Shown here: piece after piece, positions 1 to 11,671 of the stretch | Position numbering within the stretch: the stretch's first letter is position 1 | Layout: every line of letters starts with the position of its first letter | NCBI RefSeq assembly: GCF_006345805.1 | Contig: NC_043008.1 | Span: 75,082,001 to 75,146,000, forward strand | Reading direction: 5' to 3' | DNA length: 64,000 nucleotides | DNA from: Octopus sinensis | Lineage: Eukaryota | Notes under the pieces: generated by a model | Seen by the model: only the letters and a program-made list of their open reading frames with translations | Told to the model about the DNA's origin: nothing | Database searches by the model: none | Made by a program: the position numbers and the translations under genes

Positions 1-2059
1 ATAATACTGAACAAACAAAAAAGAAACCAGACACGAAAACATGTTTTGGGGAATAATTCAATGACATATTTTAGTAAAATGCAAGGTTGTTACTGTTGCT
101 GATAATAAGTCTGGTAGCCATGGAGGGGCGGTGAAGTGAAGAAAAGACAAGAGTTTTGGACATACTAATGGCCGGCGGAAGTAAAAAAGGAGTGAATAAA
201 TTAAAAGGTAGCACAGGAAATGGATGAGGTGTTAACTGCGAAGAATATTTTTGTAAATTAACTTGAAGAAAATAACAATCTAAAATAACAAAAGAAAAGA
301 AGTGAATAAGATCGATAAAAGCTTAAAAAACATCTTCAAGTTCATAAAGTTTTGTTTTTCTTCGCCAACATAACATTTATTTTAAGTTAACAACACAACT
401 GGATATATACAGAGTAACAAGGGTCTTTTGTTTAAGACGAGTGAGCTCCTGGGGCTTGCGGAAACGTGAACTGGATAATATGCCTCTTTTGTATATGTAG
501 GTGCGTGAGTGAGATTACTTTTTATGTATGCACGTACGTGTATACACCATACGTACACATGTGATTGTATATATATGTTCATTCCAAGAAAATCAAATGG
601 ATCCTAGAGCTCACATCATACTACAAATTACTGACTCACGATCTGTTTGTCATCCCCACCTGAATTCGTAACAACAGTTGCTCTGCTCATCATTTGTATA
701 CTAGATGAGACCCATGTCCCTGCTGTTAAAACCGAAAACTATTAACAGGCATATGAAATTTCTACATCAACAATGCAATTGACCACCTCAACCTAAAAAC
801 ATACAAAATAAGGACGCTTAGGTTCAAATCGATTCAAAGAGCCCTTAAATATCTCGTATAATTTCAACAATATCTACATTCCACCAAACGTCGGAGTGGA
901 TTTAACCAAGTCTGAATACGTGATGTAAAACATATCATCACAGTTGGATAGAATTCCAAAGAAAATATTCCCCGATTGATGACAAAAGAAACACACATGA
1001 CAGACAAAATCAAATGAAAGACTTTCTGCTTCTCAGTAGAAGTTCAGATAATAATGTGTTGTAAGAAAGTTTCGTAGTGACAGAAGTTATTGAGAGGACA
1101 TGTTAATTTGGTAAATTAACAGCCGTTGTTTTAAATATTCATCCCAATTTCATTAATCATTGTCAACTTCTGCTTCAAATCTCTCTCTCTCTCTCTACGG
1201 TGTCTCATATAATATAAGTTCCTGTGGTCTGTCTTGCAAATTCAATTTCTAAAATGATATATTTCACAAAGAATACGTCATCATTATTGAAGTTCTTCGA
1301 TCTTCCAGCTCCTAGTGCACTTGTTATTGTTACTATTGTTATATTCACATTTGGTGCGGGCGGTCAGCTTTACCACAAGGTTTATCAGTATAAGTCTGGA
1401 TGGTTGTGACTCTTCATAATGGTTATAATTGTATCTTTTGTAAGAGAATGTTTACGTAGTGTTATTTGCGTAGTGTTTACACTTTGGGGAATACAATTAC
1501 AGTCATCAGCTTTTAGAATAAAATTACTTTCACCGATTCCTTTCTTATGTTGTTTGTTGGCGTAATTATTTCGCCGCGAAATTATTTAGCTCAGGGCGAA
1601 GTTCGTCCCAGTACATTTTCAATCTATTCACATAGGCAACTGAGGTATCTTCTTTTGCGATTTTATAGCAATTAAGTAAGTCGTAATTGTTTTATTTTAC
1701 TCCAAGAGAAATGTACTTTATGGTTTCAATTTCATCAATAGCAACTAATACAGTTTGTTTATTGGTTTCGATGCTGGCTTTCTTCTCTTTTTTTTAACCA
1801 TAATGTTGACGTGGTGGCTAGCCATGTTGTTTTCAACAAATGTCTACTTGATGCATTCAAGTTTGAAACAAATGTTATCACGATCATGAATAAAAGCTTC
1901 CTTCAATGAATGTGACTAGAAGAATAACCAGTTATTTAATAAGGCTATTAGTTGTGGTATTGATGCTGAAGATTAAATATATCGTGAATTCTCCCACGCT
2001 AAATATGCGACTGATCACACAGTGTTTATACGATGCTATGTCTGTCTGCTTACATATTT

Positions 2060-2160
2060 GTATGTATGTATGTATGTATGTATGTATGTATGTATGTATG
2101 TATGTATGTATGTATGTATGTATGTATGTATGTATGTATGTATGTATGTATGCATGTATG

Positions 2161-2192
<32 letters not shown>

Positions 2193-2454
2193 CATATATG
2201 AATGTATGTATGTATGTATGTATGCATATATGTATATATGTATGTATATATGTATGTATGCATGCATACATGCATGTATGAATGTTTTTATGTATGTAGG
2301 GATATATGTATATGTATCATGGTATACATGTTTGAACGTATTTATATGCGCATGCGTATATCTATTTATGTATGTGTATGTGAGTATATATATTTATGTA
2401 CTTTATATGTCTAGGCACATGGATGGTTCTTGAGCAAATGTTATCTTCATAGCT

Positions 2455-2513
<59 letters not shown>

Positions 2514-2530
2514 CCTATCTATCTATCTAT

Positions 2531-2583
<53 letters not shown>

Positions 2584-2590
2584 GCACACA
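2060..2590. repeat. Compound microsatellite (TATG)n, (TCTA)n, (CT)n, (CA)n
   Basis: Directly visible tandem repeats. They explain the MYVC/HTYI/IYLS ORFs. Similar tracts recur throughout the window. Confidence 0.95.
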
Positions 2591-2899
2591 CATACAAGCC
2601 CTCAATAAAACCACTGTTCGGTCAGTTAAAAAGTAATTTAGAGAGTTTATAAAATATAGAAAGAAAAATAAATACCCAATTGAAATGAGCCCTTGGGCAA
2701 ATGGGATCAATTACAATAAATCTGAATGTTGTGTGTGTGTTAAGCTAAGTTTTGTATATTTTAGTGGAGGTACTATTCACTATTTATCACATACAGTATC
2801 TTGGTCAATACCCGGAGATTTACTACCTTTAATACCAACTGCTATCATAACTATTAATGTAAACGTTCACCTCCGTAATATGGACTATTAGTAGTTTGT

Positions 2900-4140
2900 G
2901 GAAAGGAAAAATTAGCAACACTTTCAGACTACATGTTTCTATATCTTCGCTGAATGGAATTTGGTGAATGTTAGTGTTCCGGATTTATTGTCTGTGAACT
3001 CGTGAGTGTTCCGATAATGTATTCCCTCTCTTGCTAATATATAATTCTTTGCAATTAGGGCATTTAATGCAGCAGATGAAATTTGTACTTTTGCAGTTCA
3101 TATCTGCATTTGCGGAAATCTGTCCATTTTTTGTTCTCATGGACCTACCAGTATGCATGTATTGACATGTTCCACATCTATTATCATGACACTCGGATAG
3201 TGTGAATGTTTTATCCTGATTGTTCATGTCGAATTTTGCCTTTGTTAATAGTTTCTTTTGGTTATGTGGTTGTCTTTTGCTTAAAATAAGTGTTTGATTA
3301 GTTATCATGTTTTTAAATTTTTCCCTTTGTTTCAAGATTGGCAAAATTGTTTTGATGATGTTAAAACTGTTTTGATGATGCGGATCGTGTGTTACTAGTA
3401 ATTGTATTGTGTTCCGTTGAAGGGTTGGTCTTTCTTGTGTTGCCCTAAGTTGTTCTATAGGTATCTCTTTTGCTCGTCGTATGCTATTTTCTATACCTAG
3501 GGGAGGGTATTTTTGCTTGAGTAGAAATCCTTTGAGTTCCATAAGTCGTATGTGTGTGTTGGGTGGCGTGATTTAAAATTTAGGTACTGGTGTGTAACTG
3601 TGCTTTTGTAATAAATATCAGTTCTGATTGTGGTGTTGTTTTAATTACCTTCATGTCAAAACATGGTAATTGTGTGCTGCTCATTTCTCTTGTGAATTTG
3701 AGACAACGGTGTAGATTGTTAAGGAGGGTACTGAATTCTTCCAGATTTTCTAGGAATCTTGTCCAAATTAGGAAACATTCACCGCGGTATCTTTTGCATG
3801 TACCCTTTATATGTCTTCTAAAGATCATGCCATAGTTTTCTTCATTTTTTTTTGTTATATGTTTTATTCTAAGTATCTCAATACTGAATTCGGGAAAACT
3901 GGAGAAAATCGCGTCCCCATAGTTGTGCCTCAAATTTTTGAGGTAGTTTTTTTCCGTTGAAAAGGAATGTATTGTTTTCGAGGATGAGGCTGATAGCATC
4001 TAGTATGAAGGTTATAGCAAATATATTGGGAGATCACTTCTGTTTCTCGAGATTTATGGCAGTAATTCCCAAATCATATGGTATGGTCGTGTATAAGTTT
4101 TTTACATCAAAGATAAATAACAGTGAATTGGATTGTGATG
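2900..4140 (-). mobile_element. Penelope-like element fragment (RT plus GIY-YIG endonuclease), degenerate
   Basis: Minus-strand translation gives the PLE RT motif FDVKNLYTTIP, the thumb region LNNLHRCLKFT and the CxxxxCxxC linker followed by a decayed GIY-YIG region (CCIKCPNCKELYISK). Frameshifts and stops are present. Confidence 0.85.
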
Positions 4141-4234
4141 TTTTGTTGTTGAGGCCACCCCAATTGCGGAACTTGTATCGACCTTATTGAAGACTCTATG
4201 TACAAACACAAATCAGGACAGATATATAAATATA

Positions 4235-5501
4235 CGAGGGGCGTTCAATAAGTAATGCCCCTGACCAACTTGCAGTTGTTTGATCTAGCTGAAATTTTGC
4301 ATGTGCACTTATTTATACCTCTATAGATTAAGTGGCGAATTATAGCTCTGAGCTAATTGTGGTTTCTGATTTACAGGTGTTTGAACTGAGTCAAGTGTGA
4401 AATGGAGCCTGTTGAGTGTCGAGCAGTGATCTGGTTTTTGTATTTGAAAGGACGCACACCACGAGAGACTTTTGATGAAATGAAAGTAACTTAAGGTGAT
4501 GATGCCCCATCATATGACCTTGTAAAACGCTGGCATTGTGAATTCAAACATAGTCGGAACTCTGTGGAAACAGCTCCCAGATCTGGTCGCCCCCTTCTGC
4601 CGTTGATGAGACGTCTGTCCGTCAAGTTGAGGCTGCCATTTTGGAAGGTCAACGCATAACTATTCGCCAAATAGCCCATAAGGTCAAGATTAGTACCGGG
4701 TCTGTGGAAACTATCATTCATGTCCATTTGCATATGCAAAAGGTGTCTGCCAGATGGATTTCCAGGTTGCTCACACCTTTCCAGAAGCAAGAACGCGTTG
4801 AGTGCTCGAGAATGAATTTGGAGATGTGCCAAGAAGATGAGTCAAAATTTTTCAAAAGACTGATCACACAGGATAAAACCTGGGTCCATCACTATGATCC
4901 ATAGACCAAAGCCCAGTCAGTGCAGTGAAAGCACAGTGACTCACCTCCTCCAAAGAAGGCAAGGGTGCAGCCCTCCGCTGACAAGATTATGCTCACAGTC
5001 TTCTGGGACCAGGATGGAGTGGTGATGACAGATTTCCTGGCAAAGGGTACCACAATTACAGGAGCCTATTATGCTTCACTTTTGAGGAAATTAAGAGAAG
5101 CTATCAAAATCAAGAGGCGGGGCAAGATCAGCAAAGGCATCCTCTTCCTGCAGGACAACGCTCCGGTCCACAACTCGCGTGTCGCCAGATCAGAAGCACA
5201 GGCGTGCAGCTATGAACTCCTCCCCTTGCCTCTGATTTTCACCCCTTCCCAGCCATGAAGTTGATTTTGAAAGGAAAGCGTTTCCCAGATGATGCAGCCT
5301 TGATTTCTGAAGTCACGTCGTGGCTGGAGGACCAAGCTGGGGTCTTCTACAAAAACGGTCTCCAGAGCTGTATCAAACAATAGGAGAAATGCATAACTCT
5401 GGGTAGTTCCTATGTAGGAAAAGACTAATAACTGTGCCAAGTGTCGTTGCTCTACTGCTATGGGAAGTGGGTCAGAGGCATTACTTATTGAACGCCCCTC
5501 G
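4235..5501 (+). mobile_element. Full-length mariner DNA transposon (1267 bp), non-autonomous by mutation
   Basis: 32-bp TIRs CGAGGGGCGTTCAATAAGTAATGCC(C/T)CTGACC with one mismatch, a TA target duplication on both sides, and an internal transposase. Confidence 0.95.
4402..5428 (+). pseudogene. Mariner transposase pseudogene
   Basis: MEPVECRAVI...PRSGRP HTH region, ITQDKTWVHHYDP and LQDNAPVH. It has in-frame stops, frameshifts and a deletion removing the YSPDLAP motif just before the third catalytic Asp. Confidence 0.9.
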
Positions 5502-6659
5502 TATAAATCACTTTATATATTCTTTAAGGAATTTACTATACGCTATCAAATGTCAAGGATGTAATGAAGATTACATAGGTCAAACGAAGCTTACTCTAAG
5601 AAATAAACTGACGATTAACCGAGACCTCAGTAATAGACAGATTCCACTGAGTGGACAGATAGAAATATGTGCTAAAGGTAAGTCCCCCGAATTCCAGAAC
5701 TTCCCACTCTACATCTGTTCAGCGAATACCACAAATGAAGCACAGATAAAGAAAGAAAATGCTTTCATACAAAAGTACAAACCAAGAAATTAACAAACTT
5801 TAACGGAGTACACATTCAAATAAATATTCACATGCAAAATTCATTCTGCCACTTACCATGAGGAACTTACACAGCTAACAACCTAAACTTTAGCCACCGG
5901 ACTACATAGAAAGAACTCCTGTCCCACTTCCCACCAGACAGATGAAATGTTGAGTGCCTTGATTATAACTAAAGATGTTCATTTAGCCGTGTCGGACTTC
6001 TTTTTAGATGCAAAATATATTGTCACGTGAGACGAAAGCAGACACAACGGGAAACGTACAAGAGTTTATAAACGTATGTGTTCATTCTCTACAGACACTT
6101 GACAGAAAACATTCAGAGCATTGATTGTTTGGATATGTTCATTCAACCATGTCAGCCTTAACTTACGACGACAAATATTTTCACTTGATGCTAACACATG
6201 GACGTAGTGGGGAATCAACAAAAAATTCCAAGACCAGTCATGTGACTTTCCTCCACCAATCAAAGCTTATTCAAAACAGATACGAATTTGAGCCATGAAC
6301 GCCTTATAAAAATAGAGTAAGCTACTAACACTGGTCAGATGCAAGACAGCTGCGACATAAGCCACGTCTTTCTCTATGAAGATTTTGAAAATCAGTGTAA
6401 ACTATGAAACCGGTTAAAGCGTTAAATATAATAATAAAAAAATATTTTAACAATTCTCATATCATTTTCAACTTCTACTTTTCCTAGAGATCGTGAGCTG
6501 AAACAAAAATAATTGCAGCGTGGAAGGTGTTTATAAGCCATTTAAAAACACCCAAAAACCGTTAGATTCACTTCAAAATTAAAATTTAATTTGCAAAAAT
6601 ATTTTCCTCGCTCTGAGACTAAGACCTGATCACTGACAAAATTCCGTGCTGCAATTGTT

Positions 6660-6689
<30 letters not shown>

Positions 6690-6690
<1 letters not shown>

Positions 6691-6870
6691 GGTGGATTCT
6701 CTCGTCGAAGACGATGAATGAGGGTTCAGTAAATAACCTTCAACAATCCCTAAGCCTTGTGACACCGAATGAGTACCTTCAATCAAGCAGATGTCTTGCA
6801 CACTTTCTCGCAAATGGTACACTTGCATGTATTCGTTGGTTCAAAACATCTTCTCGCGTGGACAGCTAAC
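6690..6870 (-). mobile_element. RTE-type LINE 3' end fragment with C-terminal C2H2-like finger
   Basis: Translates CTICEKVCKTSA*LK. The tail GAACCCTC...GACGAGAGA is shared with the copy at 34255-34620. Confidence 0.55.
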
Positions 6871-7139
6871 CCCCACGCCACCAAAAAAAAACAAACAAAG
6901 AAAAAAACACACATCGATGCGCCAAACCTCAGGTGTTATTGAGTGAAAATGGTTTACTGAACAACCGGCACTTTGACTTGTTTAAAGTGGTCATTGCTTG
7001 TACTGAACAAAGCACACTCTCTCCATCGAATTAACATGGTCTGTACAGGTTCACGGTGTGCCACACGTCAGATGATAAAACGATCGCAGGATTTTCTTGT
7101 AAGAGTGTTCCGTCTCCTAGATCAGTTGTGAGAGTTAAC

Positions 7140-7412
7140 ACTAAAGGGTCTGATCCACGCTGGTGGGCTTTCTGCGCGCCTGGACACCATACCAGGTATT
7201 TCTAGGTCCTCGCACATTTATTGGATGGCCGTTGACTCCCAAGAGTTCCTCTGCCCTTTGACGGGTTTTGTTTTTCATCCCGCAGGGTGTCCAATAAATA
7301 CCCTCCTCACCAAGCAAGCTTGGTTGGGTTGCCGGTTTAGTCACCAACGGACCAACCATGCAACAGGTTGTACTGGGTTACATGTTACCAGTAACACGAA
7401 AGTGACCTGACA
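7140..7412 (-). mobile_element. 5' leader of a LINE (probably RTE), copy 1
   Basis: About 190 bp are homologous to 60513-60720 with the same 5' boundary TGTCAGGTCACTTTCG. Confidence 0.55.
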
Positions 7413-7413
7413 T

Positions 7414-7448
<35 letters not shown>

Positions 7449-7555
7449 TATATGTATATATATATATACATATATGTATATATATCTATATATGCATATA
7501 TATATATACATATATATATAATACATATATGTATATATACATATGTATATATATG

Positions 7556-7586
<31 letters not shown>

Positions 7587-7606
7587 GTTCCTTTCCACCC
7601 TTATAC

Positions 7607-7658
<52 letters not shown>

Positions 7659-8168
7659 GTGTGTGTGTGGTGTGTGTGTGTGTTTATATATATATATATT
7701 TATATATTTCGTTTTGGATTTGGTCTGCAAGATTCTTTATATGAGTTTGTGTGTTGAAGCATATTCTGTTGTGTCTGGGGAGAGTCATTCTCTTTTAGTA
7801 CCTTATTATTGAACACACTCACCGGTAAAATTTCCACTAATTTCTTATTTTTATTTTCTAAAATTTTCGTTGCGTCTTGCAACGTTTTCAATAGTCTTGG
7901 CTCTGTCCCTTATTTACACTGCGTTCTCTTTTCTTTATTTGTGCGCATGTGTGTGGGTCAGTATGTGTGTGTGTGCCTATACATGCAATCATGTACGTAC
8001 GTATGCATGTGGGTGTGTTTGTATGTGTATGTATGAATATATGTGTGTGTATGCATATGTATGTATGTGTGTGCATCCGTATGTACGTATCCTGCATATT
8101 TATCTACCTAACAGTCCACTAACTATTCTATTATACCTGTGTAAACTGTGGGTATGGAGGTATGATAT

Positions 8169-9566
8169 TTATTGTGTATATTTCCTATTTAATATTGGGG
8201 AAGTTTCATTTATAAGGACGTACTCCCGTATTTGTCTGAGTGTTGGGTCTTTTGAGTGCTTGGATAAGATGCGGATGTCAAGTTGACCCACGTTACCTCC
8301 ATGGTGGTCTTTGGCATGTTGGTAGAGTATGGAGGACTGTTTTCTGCCGTCATATTGTCTTAGATGTTCATTTATCCGTTCTGCAATGCTCCTTGACGTC
8401 TCCCCTATGTACATCATGTTCATGTCCTTACAAGCACCTTCTATGCATCTTACGCTGTAAACTACATTTCGAGTTCTACAGTTAATACCGGGGCTAATTC
8501 TACATACCATGCAGTTATCATTGGTGTATATGGTATTCTTAAACGTCCTACATAGTTGTGATCTGACGGAGTTCCCTGGCTTTTTAACAATTTTAATGTT
8601 GAGTTTGGTCTCCTTCAGAGCTTTTCTAAATCTACGGGCTAGTTCTCCATGGGCTGTGGCCTCTACAAACATCACTCCTTGATATTTGTCGGTTTTATAC
8701 CACGTGTTCGCCCTGTTTGCTTTGTCACAAGCTCTTTGTAGTCAATTCCATTCTTTGTTTCTATATCTAGGGCAGGTACCACTGGTATCATTACGTATAA
8801 TGTTATCTAATTTCTTTCTAGCCCCCCCCCCTGTATACACGAACCCTATCTTTCTGATCATATCCAGAGAACTGCATGCGGTGTATGAAGTTCTGTATAT
8901 GTTTCTTCATTTCACAGGGCTCGCATAGTGGGGACACATTGTTCATCATTCTAAAAAGGCCTGCTATTACTATGTTAATTTTCATGGTGTGTGACAAAGC
9001 GGAGTTCTTGTGAACAACATATTTTGAAGTTACAGGTTTCATGTAATAAGAGTGGAGGAACTGCACTCTATTGTTCACAGTCTCTAACCAAAGTTCAGTA
9101 TCAAGTACAGGGAGTCTATTGTTAGGGTTCTTAGTGGGGTAATCTATAGTTACCTTGATACTTTGGGGGATGGCGTTTGCTATTTGCTGGATACTCTCCA
9201 TTACGTTCTTCTTAGTCTCTACATTACCGTCATTAGAGTTGGTTCTAACTATTATGTTTATGCCATCTACATATCTACTGTAGAGTAGAAGAGTGGTGGA
9301 CTGTTCTGCTAACATTTGTTTAAATTTTCTGTTCCACCAAGTCATTAAGAGGCCAGCCACATCTCCACCTATACCTACACCAATGGCTGCACCTGGAACC
9401 TGCATGTATAGTTTTTTTTATTAAATTTTACTATGTGGTTTTTCAAGGTGGTTTTTACGCTGGCCCCTATTGATTGTGCAATCATTTCTTTCACCTGATT
9501 GTTGTTCTCAGGGTTTTGGGTGGGTGCCGTCCAGCCACACCAGCGCTCTGTGGTGTTTTTTTTCAC
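8169..9566 (-). mobile_element. Penelope-like element, RT 3' half plus GIY-YIG endonuclease
   Basis: GAAIGVGIGGDVA...YSRYVDG (RT), LPVLDTELW, and NVVYSVRC...MYIGETSRSIAERINEH...IREYVLIN (GIY-YIG). Confidence 0.9.
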
Positions 9567-9830
9567 AGCTGAAGTGAGTGGTCTACCTCTCTGTGACCTG
9601 GTGGCGCAGAATTTACTAAGGTCATGGTCAACTAAATAGTTATTGCCATAGCATAGTCTGAGCAGGAGGCCCAGTTATATATGTATATATAATAATAATA
9701 TTAGGGAGTATGGCTCCAAACTTATAGGGAAAAATTAGATTTAGCATTAAATCAAATTTCACAGTATAAATATATAAAATATGAATTAGAGATAAAACCA
9801 CTATTAGGCAACTGAAACAGTGCTAAAAAA

Positions 9831-9866
<36 letters not shown>

Positions 9867-9935
9867 GGTCCCGGGTTGATTCGGGGTTAACCACAGTAAA
9901 TAAGGTACTCAATACATAGCAGAGTAAAATTAATT

Positions 9936-10050
9936 TATTATATAGAAGGAGCTTCTACAGGACTAGAACTGTTTCATTCCAGAGAATCTTCCTGAAGATT
10001 TCTCTTGAATGAAACAGTTCTAGTCCTGTAGAAGCTCCTTCTATATAATA
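9936..10050. repeat. 115-bp near-perfect fold-back palindrome
   Basis: Perfect 44-bp outer arms (TATTATATAGAAGG...TTTCATTC and its reverse complement) plus a nearly paired core. Confidence 0.95.
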
Positions 10051-10274
10051 TATATATATATAGATATATATATATATATAATATATATATAATAATATAT
10101 ATATATATAATATATTATATATATATATATATTATATATATATATATATATATTATATTAATTATATTTATATTATTTGTTATTTATGTATTGGTTTATG
10201 TCTATCACTGTTTGAGTTGCTAATAGTGGTTTTATCTCTAATTCATAATTTATATATGTATATATATCTATATC

Positions 10275-10310
<36 letters not shown>

Positions 10311-10478
10311 TGTATGTATGTATGTATGTATGTATGTATGTGTGTATGTATGTATGTATGTATGTATGTATGTATGTATGTATGTATGTATGTATGTATG
10401 TATGTATGTATGTATCTATCTAGCTATCTATCTATCTATATATATATATATATATATACATATATACATATATATATG

Positions 10479-10934
10479 TGTGATGACAGTAGAGCTATGT
10501 CGGTGGTGCATCCGGAATTTGCCTCTCTGAGCAGCTGCACATTTTGGGCTTCGATTCCTTGCCTCTGCAGCGAGTTCAGCACTGCGTTGGTTTCGACGCT
10601 ATCGAAGGCCTTCTCATAATCTATAAACGCAACGCAAAGAGGCAGCTTGTACTCATTTGCTCGCTCAAGCAGTTGCGTTAGAGTAAATATATGGTCCATC
10701 GTGCTGTAGTTCTTCCGGATAATCGGTGGACGCACGCAGTTGTCGAGTGGTACCCGCGCGAGCGGAAAAGACCACCCGGAAGGCCTCCACGACGGTGGAG
10801 TTACGATTTCAGGAGGACGATTGGGATCACGTGGATGAGAAAGGCGCGATCCAGAGAGGAGTGGACAGCGTGCTGTGACCAGCGGTGTCAAATGGACGCC
10901 TGACGGACTGGTCAGTCAAGGTGATCAAGGTGAT
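10479..10934. mobile_element. RTE LINE fragment with an inverted 5' segment
   Basis: Minus strand 10479-10719: RT motifs STMDHIFTL and FIDYEKAFDSV. Plus strand 10714-10934: RTE C-terminus DNRWT...EWYPRERKRPPGRPPRRW and a tandem tail CAAGGTGAT x2. Confidence 0.8.
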
Positions 10935-10963
10935 TATATATGTATACATATATATATATGTAC

Positions 10964-11068
<105 letters not shown>

Positions 11069-11099
11069 CATATACCTATGTATATCTATTCTTTTATTC

Positions 11100-11490
11100 T
11101 TTTAATTGTTTCAGTAATTTGACTGCGCCCATGCTGGTGCACCGCCTTTAGTCGAGCAAATCGACCCCAGGACATATTCTTTGTAAGCCTAGCACTTATT
11201 CTATCGGTCTCTTTTGCCAAAACCGCAAGTTACATAGACGTAAACACACCAGCATCGGCTGTCAGGCGATATTGGGGAGAGAAACACAGATACACAAATA
11301 TATACAACAAATATATGCACAAATATATATAACGACGGGCTTCTTTCTGGTTCATTCTACCAAATCCACACATAAGGCTTTGTCTGGACCAAGGCTATAA
11401 TAGAAGACACTTGCTCAAAGTGCCACGCAATGGGACTGAACCCGGAGCCATGTCGTTTGTAAGAAAGCTACTTACCACACAGCCCCGGGG
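11100..11490 (-). mobile_element. tRNA-derived bipartite SINE
   Basis: B-box-like GGTTCAGTCCC head, GAGCAAGTGTCTTCTA core and CCAGCATGG...TGAAAC tail. Many homologues in the window. Confidence 0.75.
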
Positions 11491-11635
11491 CTGGCCAGAT
11501 CTGAGCAATCTCAAGATTAATCAGCCGAAATTGCGAGGATGATCCGGTTCTTGACTGAAGATTAGATGCTTCGAATGACCTGTCCGTGTTTTTTGTATCG
11601 TCTATTTGAATGTTTTGCGTTCTTGTCCCATTTTG

Positions 11636-11666
<31 letters not shown>

Positions 11667-11671
11667 TTTTT

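Larger units (their letters stand above)
4140..5793 (+). mobile_element. Second Penelope-like GIY-YIG fragment, split by the mariner insertion
   Basis: Reading across the mariner gives HPNCGTCIDLIEDSMYKHKSGQIYKY / NHFIYSLRNLLYAIKCQGCNEDYIGQT...ENAFIQKYKP, which is a continuous PLE linker plus GIY-YIG. Confidence 0.8.

Noticed and set aside
1906-2433. Long ORFs rich in [12 protein letters not shown] (here and at many other positions)
   Set aside because: They are translations of (TATG)n, (TA)n and (CA)n microsatellites, with no coding signal.
2922-2958. Hammerhead-like GAAACATGTAGTC on the minus strand
   Set aside because: The core reads GCGAAGA rather than CUGANGA. The segment also translates as the PLE endonuclease tail (QIPFSEDIETCS), homologous to QIPLSGQIEICA in the other PLE copy.
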